DNA from: Bacteroidota bacterium
GTDB lineage: Bacteria > Bacteroidota > Bacteroidia > Chitinophagales > CAMDFR01
Direction of reading: 5' to 3'
Assembly (NCBI GenBank): GCA_037130135.1
Contig: JBAXTO010000003.1
Location: 36,090 to 100,089 of the forward strand
Length of the DNA stretch: 64,000 nucleotides
The number at the start of each line of letters is the position of its first letter. Within the stretch, counting starts at the first letter, position 1. Positions 8,692 to 18,435 of this stretch are shown in pieces. The position numbers were made by a program, and so were the translations under genes. Below the pieces are notes generated by a model, which was given only the letters and a program-made list of their open reading frames with translations, did not search any database and was not told where the DNA came from.

Positions 8692-10968
8692 CTATTCAAT
8701 AATCACTTTTTTAGATATAAGTTCACCTGATTTCATAGTTACAGTTACAATATACAAACCTTTGGCATAGCCACTGATATCTATTGTTTGTACTGGACTT
8801 AAAGAGGCATTTTGTGCATATACCACTTGTCCATTTACATATTGTATTTTCAATGCAATAGCATTTTCATTATCGATTTGTATATTCAAATTAGTATTAG
8901 CAGGATTAGGATATACTAGTACTGCATTAGATGCTTCGATATCACTTACACTCACATTGCAAATATTACTAAGCCTAGGAGTAAGTGTGCTAGTTACTTG
9001 AAAAGTACCTGATCCATTCGGGCAGCGAGCCATGGATTGGTCTGTTACTTGCGATGTAAAACTCACATTATCACTTACACTAGTACCATCACCTAAAAGG
9101 ATTGTATCAACGAGACTATTTAAATTAAAATTCGTATGAGCATCTACATAAGTGATATCATTATCATCTGCCCATGCTAAAACATAACCATTAGCAAGAA
9201 TAAATGCAGTAGTTGGGAAATGCCATTTAGCGATATTGGCTGCATCATCAGATAAATAAATATTGGCTAATCCTAAAGCAGATCCTGTTTTATTATAAAG
9301 TTCTATCCAATCTTTATGTTTGCCTTTTTCATTAATAATATTGTTATTATTATCGGCCAAAAATTCATTGATAGCAATATCATTACTACTAGCCATAGTA
9401 ATGGTAGGTGCTAAAGTATAAAATTCATGTTCGGCTCTTTCAGGTGAAAACATTCCTGCATTTGCATTTTCTGCATAAATATAATATTGTATTTCGAGTG
9501 AATTCACAGGAATACTAACCCCATAAAAATTATCTCCACTGGCGCCATCACCATGTGCTCCATCGTCATACATAGCAATTTTGATAAATTTATCAGACTT
9601 AGCATATCTATAACCTAATAATACACTTGTTCTATTTGTTACGGTAGCATTGATCGTTACGCTTGAACCAAAAGCGGGAGTGCTTGAAGAAGGGGTAACA
9701 GCAGTGATCGTTGGAGGAACAGCATTGAATTCGGATGTACCACTTAAATATGTTGCTCTACTATCCATCAATTCATAAATACCAACCGTACTTCCCATAG
9801 GGCCACCTCCTCCTGTGGAGGTTGAGGTAAGTCCGTTGGTAAAATTAGCATAGGTACTTAAATAATTCGCATCTGTTAATACGGCATTATCAATTAACGT
9901 ATGTAAAGCATTTGCATTTGTTTTATACGTTACAGATACAAAATTCTCATTATTAATCGTACGAGCGTGAGCGATATACATTTTTTTGTACTGAGGGATA
10001 GCTAATAATTTACTAATCAATGGCCATGCAGCATCTGTTTCGTGAATCAGTGGAGACATATTTCGCATGCTAGTTAAATTTAATGCGCCACCAGTTCCTA
10101 ACATCGTAAAGCTACCAAAACACATATTTAAATCCCATATAGTTGGTATCCATTGATTGTTATGGTCTTTATATAAATAATAATTTTGTCTGAATGATCC
10201 ACTATAACTATCTAAATTTACTAAAACATCATTGAAAGCCAACATCCATAAAGTACGATCTTCATCTAATGTATTCTCAATTAAATTTGGATAATTTTTA
10301 AGCGTATCAATTAGTTGCATCAACGATTTCCAACTTCCATCTTTTAAATCATATTTGGTATAATATAATGTAGAGTCAGTACCTAATACTTCTAAACTAC
10401 TGCCATTACCACTTCCTGGACCAGCATTTTCAGGATTACATTTTACAAAATCTCTACTACTAGTATAATAATGAGCTTCATTAAATTCGTCACCAATATT
10501 TTCATCATTGGTCATGACTCCGTAATAAGCCCCATTTACATATACTTTGGCAATATTGCTTTGAGGCGCATCCATATATTGGCGAAGAATAGAATAAGCT
10601 ACTACTTCCCTACACATGGATGGATCAGAAAATCCATTCGCTAATTTCACATCGGTATAGCCTTGATAATCGACATTATTCGTAAAATCTAATTTAATGT
10701 GTAATGGATTTTTAGCACGAGTAGCGCTATATGAACTATTCCCTTTATATCGAACACCGGCACCAATAAAAGGAGTTCCGTTAATCACCACCGAATCGGC
10801 ATACAAATAAGATTCATACCCAGCATTGGCAGTATCCATTCGATAATCCCAATTCGTCATACCAAAATATATACGTATATCTTGGATGGTATTCATGTCG
10901 TAAAAATTTTGTGCTGATAGTAGACTTGCCGAAATGCACAGTCCACACAATAAGATAATTCTTCTCAT
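8692..10968 (-). CDS. CotH kinase family protein with a lamin-tail domain and a T9SS C-terminal sorting domain
   Basis: CotH-type core (NYYLYKDHNNQWIPTIWDLNMCFG). LTD-like segment (IAINEFLADNNN...KDWIELYNKT). C-terminal VLVYPNPANTNLNIQI...GLYIVTVT...KKVIIE. Has an N-terminal signal peptide. Confidence 0.75.
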   Translation of the reverse strand: MRRIILLCGLCISASLLSAQNFYDMNTIQDIRIYFGMTNWDYRMDTANAGYESYLYADSVVINGTPFIGAGVRYKGNSSYSATRAKNPLHIKLDFTNNVDYQGYTDVKLANGFSDPSMCREVVAYSILRQYMDAPQSNIAKVYVNGAYYGVMTNDENIGDEFNEAHYYTSSRDFVKCNPENAGPGSGNGSSLEVLGTDSTLYYTKYDLKDGSWKSLMQLIDTLKNYPNLIENTLDEDRTLWMLAFNDVLVNLDSYSGSFRQNYYLYKDHNNQWIPTIWDLNMCFGSFTMLGTGGALNLTSMRNMSPLIHETDAAWPLISKLLAIPQYKKMYIAHARTINNENFVSVTYKTNANALHTLIDNAVLTDANYLSTYANFTNGLTSTSTGGGGPMGSTVGIYELMDSRATYLSGTSEFNAVPPTITAVTPSSSTPAFGSSVTINATVTNRTSVLLGYRYAKSDKFIKIAMYDDGAHGDGASGDNFYGVSIPVNSLEIQYYIYAENANAGMFSPERAEHEFYTLAPTITMASSNDIAINEFLADNNNNIINEKGKHKDWIELYNKTGSALGLANIYLSDDAANIAKWHFPTTAFILANGYVLAWADDNDITYVDAHTNFNLNSLVDTILLGDGTSVSDNVSFTSQVTDQSMARCPNGSGTFQVTSTLTPRLSNICNVSVSDIEASNAVLVYPNPANTNLNIQIDNENAIALKIQYVNGQVVYAQNASLSPVQTIDISGYAKGLYIVTVTMKSGELISKKVIIE

Positions 10969-10989
10969 GCTTTAATAATAGTTAATGAA

Positions 10990-10997
10990 CAAATTTA
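10990..10997 (-). promoter_or_regulatory. Bacteroidota -7 promoter box (TAAATTTG) for the CotH-family gene
   Basis: Matches TAnnTTTG on the minus strand, 21 nt upstream of the ATG at 10968. Confidence 0.5.
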
Positions 10998-11088
10998 GAC
11001 GATTAAATTTAAAAAATCCTTCACTTCTCATTTTTTTATAAGATATTCAATCCAGGTATTGAAGCCAATTTTTTTGTACATTTAAATT

Positions 11089-12330
11089 ATGAATATTTAC
11101 GTATTTATTACACCTATAGTACTACTGCTTTTAATAGCAGAACTACTGTATTCTAAATTTCAAAACAAAGGCTATTATTCGTATCAAGATACTATCGCAA
11201 ATTTAGCCACGGGTATAGGCAATCAATGTATCAATTTAGGAGTCGCATTTTTTGTATTTAAAGTATATGGAATATTATATCAATTTGCGCCCTATAAATT
11301 TGAAGCCGTTTGGTATAATTATATTTTATTATTGATATTACAAGACTTTGTCTTTTATTGGTTTCATCGCACCGGACATAGCATTAATATTTTTTGGGCG
11401 GCACATATGCCCCATCATTCTTCTGAAGAATTAAATTTATCAGTAGGTATTAGAGCTAGCTTTACACAACGATTATTTCAATTTGCTTTTTTCGATTGGG
11501 TATTTCCATTATTGGGATTCTCGCCCCAAATGGTTTACAGTGTTGCCGCCGTACATTTATTATTAGCCTTTTGGCATCATACCAAAGTGATTAAAAATTT
11601 AGGCTGGATTGAAAAAATATTTGTAACCCCTTCTCATCATCGGGTGCATCATGGAGTAAACACCCAATACTTAGATAAAAATTTTTCGGAAGTATTTATT
11701 TTTTGGGATAAACTCTTTGGCACCTATGAAAAAGAAGAAGAAGAAATTTGTTATGGGGTAACTAAACCACCACAAAGTTGGGACCCAATCTTAATCAATA
11801 TACAATTTTGGAAACATCTATGGGACGATATGCTGGCTGCTCCTTATTGGATAGACAAACTAAAAGTGTGGTTTATGCCATTGGGCTGGCGACCAAGAGG
11901 AGTAGGTGATGGAAGCATCCCACGTATTGGATATACCTTGCAAGAACAAGTCAAATTTAAAAGCAAACAAACCCCATTCACTACCTATTATTTAATTGTA
12001 CAATTGATATTTGGATTATTAATTACTACGTTTACGATAAATCAAAAACTAACATTTTTATTCATTGACCGAATAATTTTATGTGTATGTTTATTTATCA
12101 TGATTATCAGTTGGAGTAAAATCTTAGAAGGAAAAACCTATGCCATCTATGTTGAAATGATTCAACTATTGATTTTATATGGTTGTTTATTTTATGTATT
12201 ACATCATTCTTTTTCGTTAGCCTTTTTAAGTTGGCCTTATGCTCTAAGCTCTTTAATGATGGGTATTTCTTTATTATGGATTTGTATGATTGAAATTCAA
12301 AATCGAACAACATTAAAAAATCAATCATGA
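11089..12330 (+). CDS. Fatty acid hydroxylase / sterol desaturase superfamily membrane di-iron oxygenase (alkylglycerol monooxygenase-like layout)
   Basis: Histidine boxes HRTGH, HMPHHSSEE and SHHRVHHG. N-terminal TM helices plus an extra C-terminal polytopic extension. Confidence 0.7.
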   Translation: MNIYVFITPIVLLLLIAELLYSKFQNKGYYSYQDTIANLATGIGNQCINLGVAFFVFKVYGILYQFAPYKFEAVWYNYILLLILQDFVFYWFHRTGHSINIFWAAHMPHHSSEELNLSVGIRASFTQRLFQFAFFDWVFPLLGFSPQMVYSVAAVHLLLAFWHHTKVIKNLGWIEKIFVTPSHHRVHHGVNTQYLDKNFSEVFIFWDKLFGTYEKEEEEICYGVTKPPQSWDPILINIQFWKHLWDDMLAAPYWIDKLKVWFMPLGWRPRGVGDGSIPRIGYTLQEQVKFKSKQTPFTTYYLIVQLIFGLLITTFTINQKLTFLFIDRIILCVCLFIMIISWSKILEGKTYAIYVEMIQLLILYGCLFYVLHHSFSLAFLSWPYALSSLMMGISLLWICMIEIQNRTTLKNQS

Positions 12331-13259
12331 GCAAAAGAAAAAAAATAATTTTCATAATTATCATATTTTTTACCATACCCATTAGTGCTGTTTTTTTAAG
12401 ACCCTCCAACATTATTAGTAGAGAAAAAGCAATACAAAAGATTGCTCAAAAAGATTCTAAATTTTATACATGGAATGGAACTAAAATGCACTATGTAGAT
12501 CAAGGAAAAGGCAAAGTGATATTGATGATACATGGCTTAGGCGGCTCACATCGAAATTTTGAAAAAATTGCCCTTGAACTAAGTAAAGATTACCGAGTTA
12601 TTCGAATTGATTTACCCGGATTTGGATTATCTGAATTTCCAAAAGATAGTATGAAATTCATGGACGTTTATGATGGATTTTTACATTCGTTTATGCAAGA
12701 CTTGCAATTAGATTCCGTTACTTTAGTAGGTAATTCAATGGGCGGAATGGTATCATGGGTATATGCGTATAAACATCCCGAACATATTGATAAATTAGTA
12801 TTAATGGGCAGTGCTGGATATGATTTAGAAGCAGCCCGTAAACAAGCAATTCAATTTGCACGCTTTGGATTTGTAGAAGTATTAGCGCAAAAAGGTTTAC
12901 CTCTATTTATAACCAAACAAGCTGTAGATAGATGTTATTATAATAAAGATTTTATCAAACCTGAAGAAGTAAAAAAAGCCAATACCTTTTGGAATATCGA
13001 TGGCAATTTAGCTGTATTTTTTACTATTGCACATACCAAAGAATTTCCGGATGAAAAATGGATTCAACAAATTCATAAACCGACCTTAATTATCTGGGGA
13101 GAGAATGATCAAATAGCACCATTAAAAAATGCGAGCAAATTTGAACGAGATATTAAACATTCCAAAAAAATTATCTATCCGCATTGTGGGCATTTACCGC
13201 AAAACGAATATACACAGCAGTTGGCAAAAGACCTACGCGCTTTTATAGAAAATAAGTAA
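12327..13259 (+). CDS. Alpha/beta-fold hydrolase
   Basis: HGLGGS oxyanion region, nucleophile elbow GNSMGG, C-terminal HCGHLP histidine motif. Its ATGA start overlaps the stop of the upstream oxygenase gene. Confidence 0.75.
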   Translation: MSKRKKIIFIIIIFFTIPISAVFLRPSNIISREKAIQKIAQKDSKFYTWNGTKMHYVDQGKGKVILMIHGLGGSHRNFEKIALELSKDYRVIRIDLPGFGLSEFPKDSMKFMDVYDGFLHSFMQDLQLDSVTLVGNSMGGMVSWVYAYKHPEHIDKLVLMGSAGYDLEAARKQAIQFARFGFVEVLAQKGLPLFITKQAVDRCYYNKDFIKPEEVKKANTFWNIDGNLAVFFTIAHTKEFPDEKWIQQIHKPTLIIWGENDQIAPLKNASKFERDIKHSKKIIYPHCGHLPQNEYTQQLAKDLRAFIENK

Positions 13260-13270
13260 ATGCATTTAGC

Positions 13271-14944
13271 TTACATCATTTTATAAACGATAGCTAAAAT
13301 TTCTGCTTCCAATATTTCCGTCTGCGTTTTAATTTCTTCTGCTTGTTGGATTACTTGATTGACATACTCTTTATCTTTCAAGCCTGAAGCATTGATTTTT
13401 ACATTTAAGTAAGCCCCAAAAATAGCGGTGCGAATACACAGCGCTCCTACCCCTGCATCGCTTACGCTGTTTGGGTTTCCATTAGCAGCCATCTCTTTAA
13501 TCATCGGTAAAGCACTGAAAGCTGTTTGCATGACTTGAAACGGAATTTCAATCGCATATTTAGTCGCTGCTTGTATCGCTTGTGTGCGCGCTGCTTTCTC
13601 TTCATCAGTTGATTTAGGCAAGGAGAAGGCATCCATGATTTTATTGAATGCTCGTGTATCTTCATCTACTAAAAACAATAATTTATCTTTTATTTTTTGA
13701 CCTTGATCCGCCCATTCACTAAACTCTTTCCAACGAGCATCCCAACCCGTTTTATGCGAAGACAAATTCGCTACCATCGTTCCTAATGCCACCCCCATAG
13801 CCCCTGCATAGGCTGAGATCGAGCCACCACCTGGAGCAGGACTTTCGCTTGCTGTTTCATTGGCGAATGCTACTAAATCCATATCTACTAATTTTTTAGT
13901 AGTCGTATCATGCATTACATATTCTATAATTTTTTTCTGTGGATCGAATGGAGTTAGTTCATCTAATCCCATAGATTTAATAGCGATTTTAATCAACTCT
14001 GCTTCGCTCACCCCAACACTTCTTTGTTGCTTTTCTAAAAAATATTTTCCTGCATCGAGCATACTTTGAAGGGGCACTAAACCCACTAACTCCGAACCTG
14101 TAACACGCATGCCTCTGTGGAAAGCACTTTTATTACACTCATCAAATGCGATATGCAATGGCGTATCTTGTATATTCGTTAAGTTCATCGATACTTGCGC
14201 AATGCCATATTCTTCGATAAACCAACCAATTCCTTTTACACTTTTACAAGTACCTGGGATACGCATATCTTCCCCATTGGCATCTTTCATATTTTTACCG
14301 GCAGCATCTTTTTGAATACGACCTTGTTCACGAATATCAAAAGCTACGGAGTTTGCTCTACGCGTAGAAGTAGTATTTAAATTGACATTGTATGCAATCA
14401 GTAAATCTCTGGCACCAATGGCGATATTACCGCTTCTTTCGTTGAATACCTCTGGACCAAAATCAGGTTGCCAATCAGCTTGTTTAATTTTATCGGCAAT
14501 ACCTTCATACTCACCTGCACGAATGCTGGCAAGGTTTCTACGATGAGGAGCAGAAGCCGCATATTCATATAAATAAACAGGAATATTTAATTGTTCGCCT
14601 ACCAATTTTCCTAAGGCTTTCGCACAAGCGATACAATCTTCCATCGTAGCGTTGGCTATTGGTATAAACGGACAAACATCAGTAGCCCCAAAACGAGGAT
14701 GTTCGCCTTTATGTTTACTCATATCAATCAGCTCTTGTGCTTTTTTAATGGCATTGAAGGCTCCTTTTACCACAGCTTGTTCATCGCCTACAAAAGTAAT
14801 TACGGTTCTATTGGTTGCTTTCCCTGGATCGATATCTAATAATTTTACGCCCTCTGTATTTTTAATCACCTCAGCAATTTGTTGGATGATATTCATATTC
14901 ACTCCCTCACTAAAATTGGGAACACATTCAATGATTTTTTTCAT
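13271..14944 (-). CDS. Bifunctional glutamate formimidoyltransferase / formimidoyltetrahydrofolate cyclodeaminase (FTCD-like)
   Basis: Hallmark N-terminus MKKIIECVPNFSEG. At 557 aa it is long enough for the transferase domain plus a C-terminal helical cyclodeaminase domain. Confidence 0.8.
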   Translation of the reverse strand: MKKIIECVPNFSEGVNMNIIQQIAEVIKNTEGVKLLDIDPGKATNRTVITFVGDEQAVVKGAFNAIKKAQELIDMSKHKGEHPRFGATDVCPFIPIANATMEDCIACAKALGKLVGEQLNIPVYLYEYAASAPHRRNLASIRAGEYEGIADKIKQADWQPDFGPEVFNERSGNIAIGARDLLIAYNVNLNTTSTRRANSVAFDIREQGRIQKDAAGKNMKDANGEDMRIPGTCKSVKGIGWFIEEYGIAQVSMNLTNIQDTPLHIAFDECNKSAFHRGMRVTGSELVGLVPLQSMLDAGKYFLEKQQRSVGVSEAELIKIAIKSMGLDELTPFDPQKKIIEYVMHDTTTKKLVDMDLVAFANETASESPAPGGGSISAYAGAMGVALGTMVANLSSHKTGWDARWKEFSEWADQGQKIKDKLLFLVDEDTRAFNKIMDAFSLPKSTDEEKAARTQAIQAATKYAIEIPFQVMQTAFSALPMIKEMAANGNPNSVSDAGVGALCIRTAIFGAYLNVKINASGLKDKEYVNQVIQQAEEIKTQTEILEAEILAIVYKMM

Positions 14945-14961
14945 TCGTATAAAATTTTATG

Positions 14962-14969
14962 CAAAAGTA
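14962..14969 (-). promoter_or_regulatory. -7 promoter box (TACTTTTG) for the FTCD-like gene
   Basis: Matches TAnnTTTG on the minus strand, 17 nt upstream of the ATG at 14944. Confidence 0.5.
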
Positions 14970-15049
14970 AAGGGGATTCCCTGATATTAAAACAAAAAAT
15001 ACAAACATAAAATCTTTACAAAAACATTATGTTATTTTAGTAATATCTC

Positions 15050-15637
15050 TTATTCTTTAATCAATGGTCGAGCAAATAATAATTGCTCTTTGTTTTTTGC
15101 AATTATGGTATAAGTGCCTTTGGTCAATTGTTGTAATCCAGATAATTTCAATTTACTTTCTGTTGTATGCCCTTTAAAAGTATAGACTAATTGTCCTTTG
15201 ATAGTAAATAATTGAACTTCCAAATCTTTATTTTTAATTAAATCACTTTGTATTACTATTTCATTCGTAAATGGATTAGGAAATAATACTATTGCTTGGT
15301 TATCTGAGGTATTAATAATCCCCGTATTTTGAGCACTATACCCAACTCTAGCACAAATCGTAGTAGTACCACAATACGCATCGATGATGGTGACGCAATA
15401 TTCGCCCGAATCAACTCCAGCGATATCTTTAATATTATTTGTATAGCCGCCTGGACCTGTCCATGAATAGGTATAAGGTGCAGTACCTCCCGTGATTGTA
15501 AGAGTCACACTTCCTGAACTAGAAGTACCAATTGTTGCAGTTGTTGTGGCTGTTACATCATCTGCAAAGGCATTTAGTTGTATACCTAAACTGCATATAA
15601 AAATGATAAGTATATTGATGCTATTATTTGAATTCAT
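15050..15637 (-). CDS. Small T9SS-secreted protein with one SprB-type repeat
   Basis: Signal peptide. SprB-repeat-like segment VTLTITGGTAPYTYSWTGPGGYT...GEYCVTIIDAYCGTTT. T9SS CTD IVLFPNPFTNEIVIQ...GTYTIIAKN...RPLIKE. Overlaps the upstream gene by 14 nt. Confidence 0.7.
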   Translation of the reverse strand: MNSNNSINILIIFICSLGIQLNAFADDVTATTTATIGTSSSGSVTLTITGGTAPYTYSWTGPGGYTNNIKDIAGVDSGEYCVTIIDAYCGTTTICARVGYSAQNTGIINTSDNQAIVLFPNPFTNEIVIQSDLIKNKDLEVQLFTIKGQLVYTFKGHTTESKLKLSGLQQLTKGTYTIIAKNKEQLLFARPLIKE

Positions 15638-16436
15638 AATTACTTGAATTTTTTTGTATGAATATGGATATTATTATTTTATTTTCGTCTTCTACATTTG
15701 GTAAATGACTAAGTGCAGCAATTGCTTTAGTATCTTTATTAATCAGCATAAGTGGATACTTTTTTACTTCGATTATCGCTTTTGTTTTTTTACATTCATT
15801 ACAATCATATTGTGCAATAATCATTTCATTATTATAATACATGTGATTGTATCCAATAATATGCGTTAAATTACTTGGATTGACTTCTATCTTCTCCCAA
15901 TCTCCAGCTTCACTAGCAGTATATGTAGCAGTCGTATTTTTGTTACTCACATACACATATAATTTATCCGTAATCGATATATCAAAAACCAATTCATTGG
16001 TCTTTACCTCTTGTGCATATACATCTAAAAATGGTTTATTCGAGATATAGGTATTAGCCATAAAATCTGCCGTAGTTAATTTATAATTCAAGTCGCTAAT
16101 CATATCGCTAATCTTTATTTTTTTGAGCGTTTCACTCAGTTCCATATTGGCTTGTTCCATTAAGTTAATCGTATAAAAATATCCATCTTTAATATCCCAT
16201 ACTAAATCTCGTCCATCCTCCATTTTTCTAACTGGTACAAGCTTATATGTGATTACATTCGAATTAGAATCTAGGTTTCTAATTTCTAAAATGATATTAC
16301 GATTAGAACTTACAACGGTGTATATTTTTCCTTGATCAATGACTACTTTATTGCCTTCATAGTCTTGTGCAAAGATTGACTCTACTACGAAAAAGCAAAA
16401 ACAAAAAAGGAATATATTTTTTATCATCGTTAACAT
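15624..16436 (-). CDS. Hypothetical secreted protein
   Basis: 270 aa with a signal-like N-terminus (IFLFCFCFFVVESIFAQ). I recognised no motif. It appears translationally coupled to both neighbours. Confidence 0.4.
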   Translation of the reverse strand: MLTMIKNIFLFCFCFFVVESIFAQDYEGNKVVIDQGKIYTVVSSNRNIILEIRNLDSNSNVITYKLVPVRKMEDGRDLVWDIKDGYFYTINLMEQANMELSETLKKIKISDMISDLNYKLTTADFMANTYISNKPFLDVYAQEVKTNELVFDISITDKLYVYVSNKNTTATYTASEAGDWEKIEVNPSNLTHIIGYNHMYYNNEMIIAQYDCNECKKTKAIIEVKKYPLMLINKDTKAIAALSHLPNVEDENKIIISIFIQKNSSNYEFK

Positions 16437-16439
16437 AGA

Positions 16440-17735
16440 TTAATAAGAGGCTACTGTTTGAACAAAATTACTCGCATTCACATTGCGTGTTGCCCGCATT
16501 TTATATACGGTAACACCCGGTGAGAATACAGAGTCGCCATTGATATCATAGCTTTCTGCACTTTCATTAGAAGTGATTCGAATAGACCAACCATCAATCC
16601 CGGCACGTATATCAGACAAGGTATTATACATTAATCCATAGGAAGGATCGAAATATTTACCATTGATAAAACAGATTTGATGATTCGAAAAATAAGAAGC
16701 TGGATTAGGGGCTGTTTGTCCGATGATACCCGTTTGATCACTTACTTCGGTGTACGAGAAAGGATAGTAAACATCATTACTCCAGAAGTTGGCATCGTAA
16801 TAATTTTTATAAGGCATATCCGAACAAGCAATACTATCTGTTGGTGTAGAGAAAGTCCAGTTTTTCACTAAGAAGGATCCGATAGAACCACAAGAAGTGG
16901 ATACCGATTGCGCGCGAATATTGATATAATTATTCGTTTTGATAATCCCTTGGATTTTCAACACATCGATAAATAAATGTGCCCAGCAATAACATTGACC
17001 AGTATGATCGTATAATAATTCATCTGTTTGTGAATTTGGGCTATATAATCTTTCATAATATTTAAGTGGAGAACCATCCCATGTTTTAACATCATTATCT
17101 TGAAACTCTCTGTAGGTTTGAGCGATGATACTATCCTCACTGGTAGCATTATTAGCGCTTTTACAACTCAATTCAAATAAAGTATGAAACCACTGATAAC
17201 CTCTTCCTGCATTTTCAGGGGCAATGGCATGCCAAGTCACATAGAGTTTATTGGTGCTTGTTCCTGCTGGATACCAATGAACACCACCATCAAATGACAT
17301 TTCCCAATTGATTTGATAGTTATAATATTTCACTTTATTGGCCTCAAACATTTTGGTACTATTAATAACTGGATAGATGATGGTTTTAGGTGCCGTAGTA
17401 GTAGAAGGTATTGCAATGGTTTGCACGGGAAAATTAAATGAATCCGTACCAAATCCACGAACTTGCACACTTGCTGGGGCATTACTACAATTCAATTCAA
17501 AAGTAGCCGTTGCATTCATATATGAGCCACTTTTGTAAGCGATAGGATTTGAGGTGCTTGGACTACTTTTCCATTGAGGTGTGCTATAGGCGCCAGTACT
17601 ACTATCTTTTTTTACACTATAATAATCCGTACCCGAAAAAGATACTTGTTTAAGTGTGATATCATACGAGAAGTTTTGTGCTTGTATAAAGCCAAATTGA
17701 ACAATAGAATATGCTACTAGTAATAGTTTTTTCAT
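16440..17735 (-). CDS. Hypothetical secreted protein with a possible transglutaminase/papain-like Cys-His-Asp core
   Basis: Signal peptide MKKLLLVAYSIVQFGFIQAQ. Candidate catalytic Cys in HTGQCYCWAHLFIDVLKIQGI. Candidate His/Asp in SNHQICFINGKYFDPSYG, which resembles HaW.ev...g.W..fDpt of transglutaminase-like domains. The fold assignment is an inference. Confidence 0.4.
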   Translation of the reverse strand: MKKLLLVAYSIVQFGFIQAQNFSYDITLKQVSFSGTDYYSVKKDSSTGAYSTPQWKSSPSTSNPIAYKSGSYMNATATFELNCSNAPASVQVRGFGTDSFNFPVQTIAIPSTTTAPKTIIYPVINSTKMFEANKVKYYNYQINWEMSFDGGVHWYPAGTSTNKLYVTWHAIAPENAGRGYQWFHTLFELSCKSANNATSEDSIIAQTYREFQDNDVKTWDGSPLKYYERLYSPNSQTDELLYDHTGQCYCWAHLFIDVLKIQGIIKTNNYINIRAQSVSTSCGSIGSFLVKNWTFSTPTDSIACSDMPYKNYYDANFWSNDVYYPFSYTEVSDQTGIIGQTAPNPASYFSNHQICFINGKYFDPSYGLMYNTLSDIRAGIDGWSIRITSNESAESYDINGDSVFSPGVTVYKMRATRNVNASNFVQTVASY

Positions 17736-17757
17736 TTGATACAGATTAGTTCTATAC

Positions 17758-17765
17758 CAAATATA
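17758..17765 (-). promoter_or_regulatory. -7 promoter box (TATATTTG) for the 17735-15050 three-gene cluster
   Basis: Matches TAnnTTTG on the minus strand, 22 nt upstream of the ATG at 17735 and just downstream of a strong terminator. Confidence 0.5.
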
Positions 17766-17778
17766 CTACAATTTGATT

Positions 17779-17816
17779 AAAAAAAAGAGGAGGCCTATTA
17801 ATTAGGTCTCCTCTCT
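17779..17816 (-). terminator. Intrinsic terminator after the 137-aa lipoprotein gene
   Basis: On the minus strand: AGAGGAGACCTA-ATTAA-TAGGCCTCCTCT stem (one G-U pair) followed by T8. Confidence 0.8.
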
Positions 17817-17896
17817 TCAAACATTATTATCACCAAAAAACTATAAACTAATAACGAATCAATCGTATTAGTATTATATATGAAGTGTTAAATATT

Positions 17897-18310
17897 CTAT
17901 ATCTTTTTCAATGTAAACTCATACGACACCCCACTTATCACCATGGTATATACCAAATTACTTTTATCTACGCTAACAATAGTATAGGTATCCGTGCCGC
18001 CAGTAGCATTATAAACACTCACTGTTTTGGCATCTTCACTTAATTCGTATTGAAAATTATTGGCTACTCCATTTAAAGATTGAACACCCCCACAACGTAG
18101 TACATTAGCCTTACATAAATCGAAATGCAAAGTAGCAGAAGTATAGCCTAAAGTGGCAGGATCTACAGTGATTCCTATTAATTTAATGGTAGTATATTGC
18201 CAATCGCCAGCTAATTTATTGAGTGTTACTTGTTCTTTTGAGCAAGAGCTAAAAAGCAAACAAATCACTAATAATGCAGAGAATGAGCTTGCAAAGAGTA
18301 CTTTTTTCAT
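17897..18310 (-). CDS. Small lipoprotein, lipocalin-like
   Basis: Lipobox LLFSSC followed by S. The motif LAGDWQYTTIK resembles the G-x-W start of lipocalin-like domains. Confidence 0.45.
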   Translation of the reverse strand: MKKVLFASSFSALLVICLLFSSCSKEQVTLNKLAGDWQYTTIKLIGITVDPATLGYTSATLHFDLCKANVLRCGGVQSLNGVANNFQYELSEDAKTVSVYNATGGTDTYTIVSVDKSNLVYTMVISGVSYEFTLKKI

Positions 18311-18407
18311 ATTTTTTTTATTTGTTTAAGTAAAAGTAATAAATTTTAATTGAATAGCTAAATATTCTATTGCTATATAAGGGGCTTTTTTAGGATAAAA
18401 AATGTAG

Positions 18408-18415
18408 TAACTTTG
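18408..18415 (+). promoter_or_regulatory. -7 promoter box (TAACTTTG) for the E2 acyltransferase gene
   Basis: Matches TAnnTTTG, 20 nt upstream of the ATG at 18436. Confidence 0.5.
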
Positions 18416-18435
18416 TCGCCAAATAAATTAAGATT

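Noticed and set aside
12107-12412. Minus-strand ORF 12107..12412 spanning the oxygenase/hydrolase junction. Similar out-of-frame or antisense nested ORFs are 16958..17149, 18390..18572, 21686..21886, 33812..34006, 34857..35042, 35140..35394, 35908..36148, 38871..39104, 49346..49570, 49754..49939 and 53753..53944.
   Set aside because: They overlap stronger genes in another frame or on the other strand, have biased low-complexity composition, and show no independent signals.
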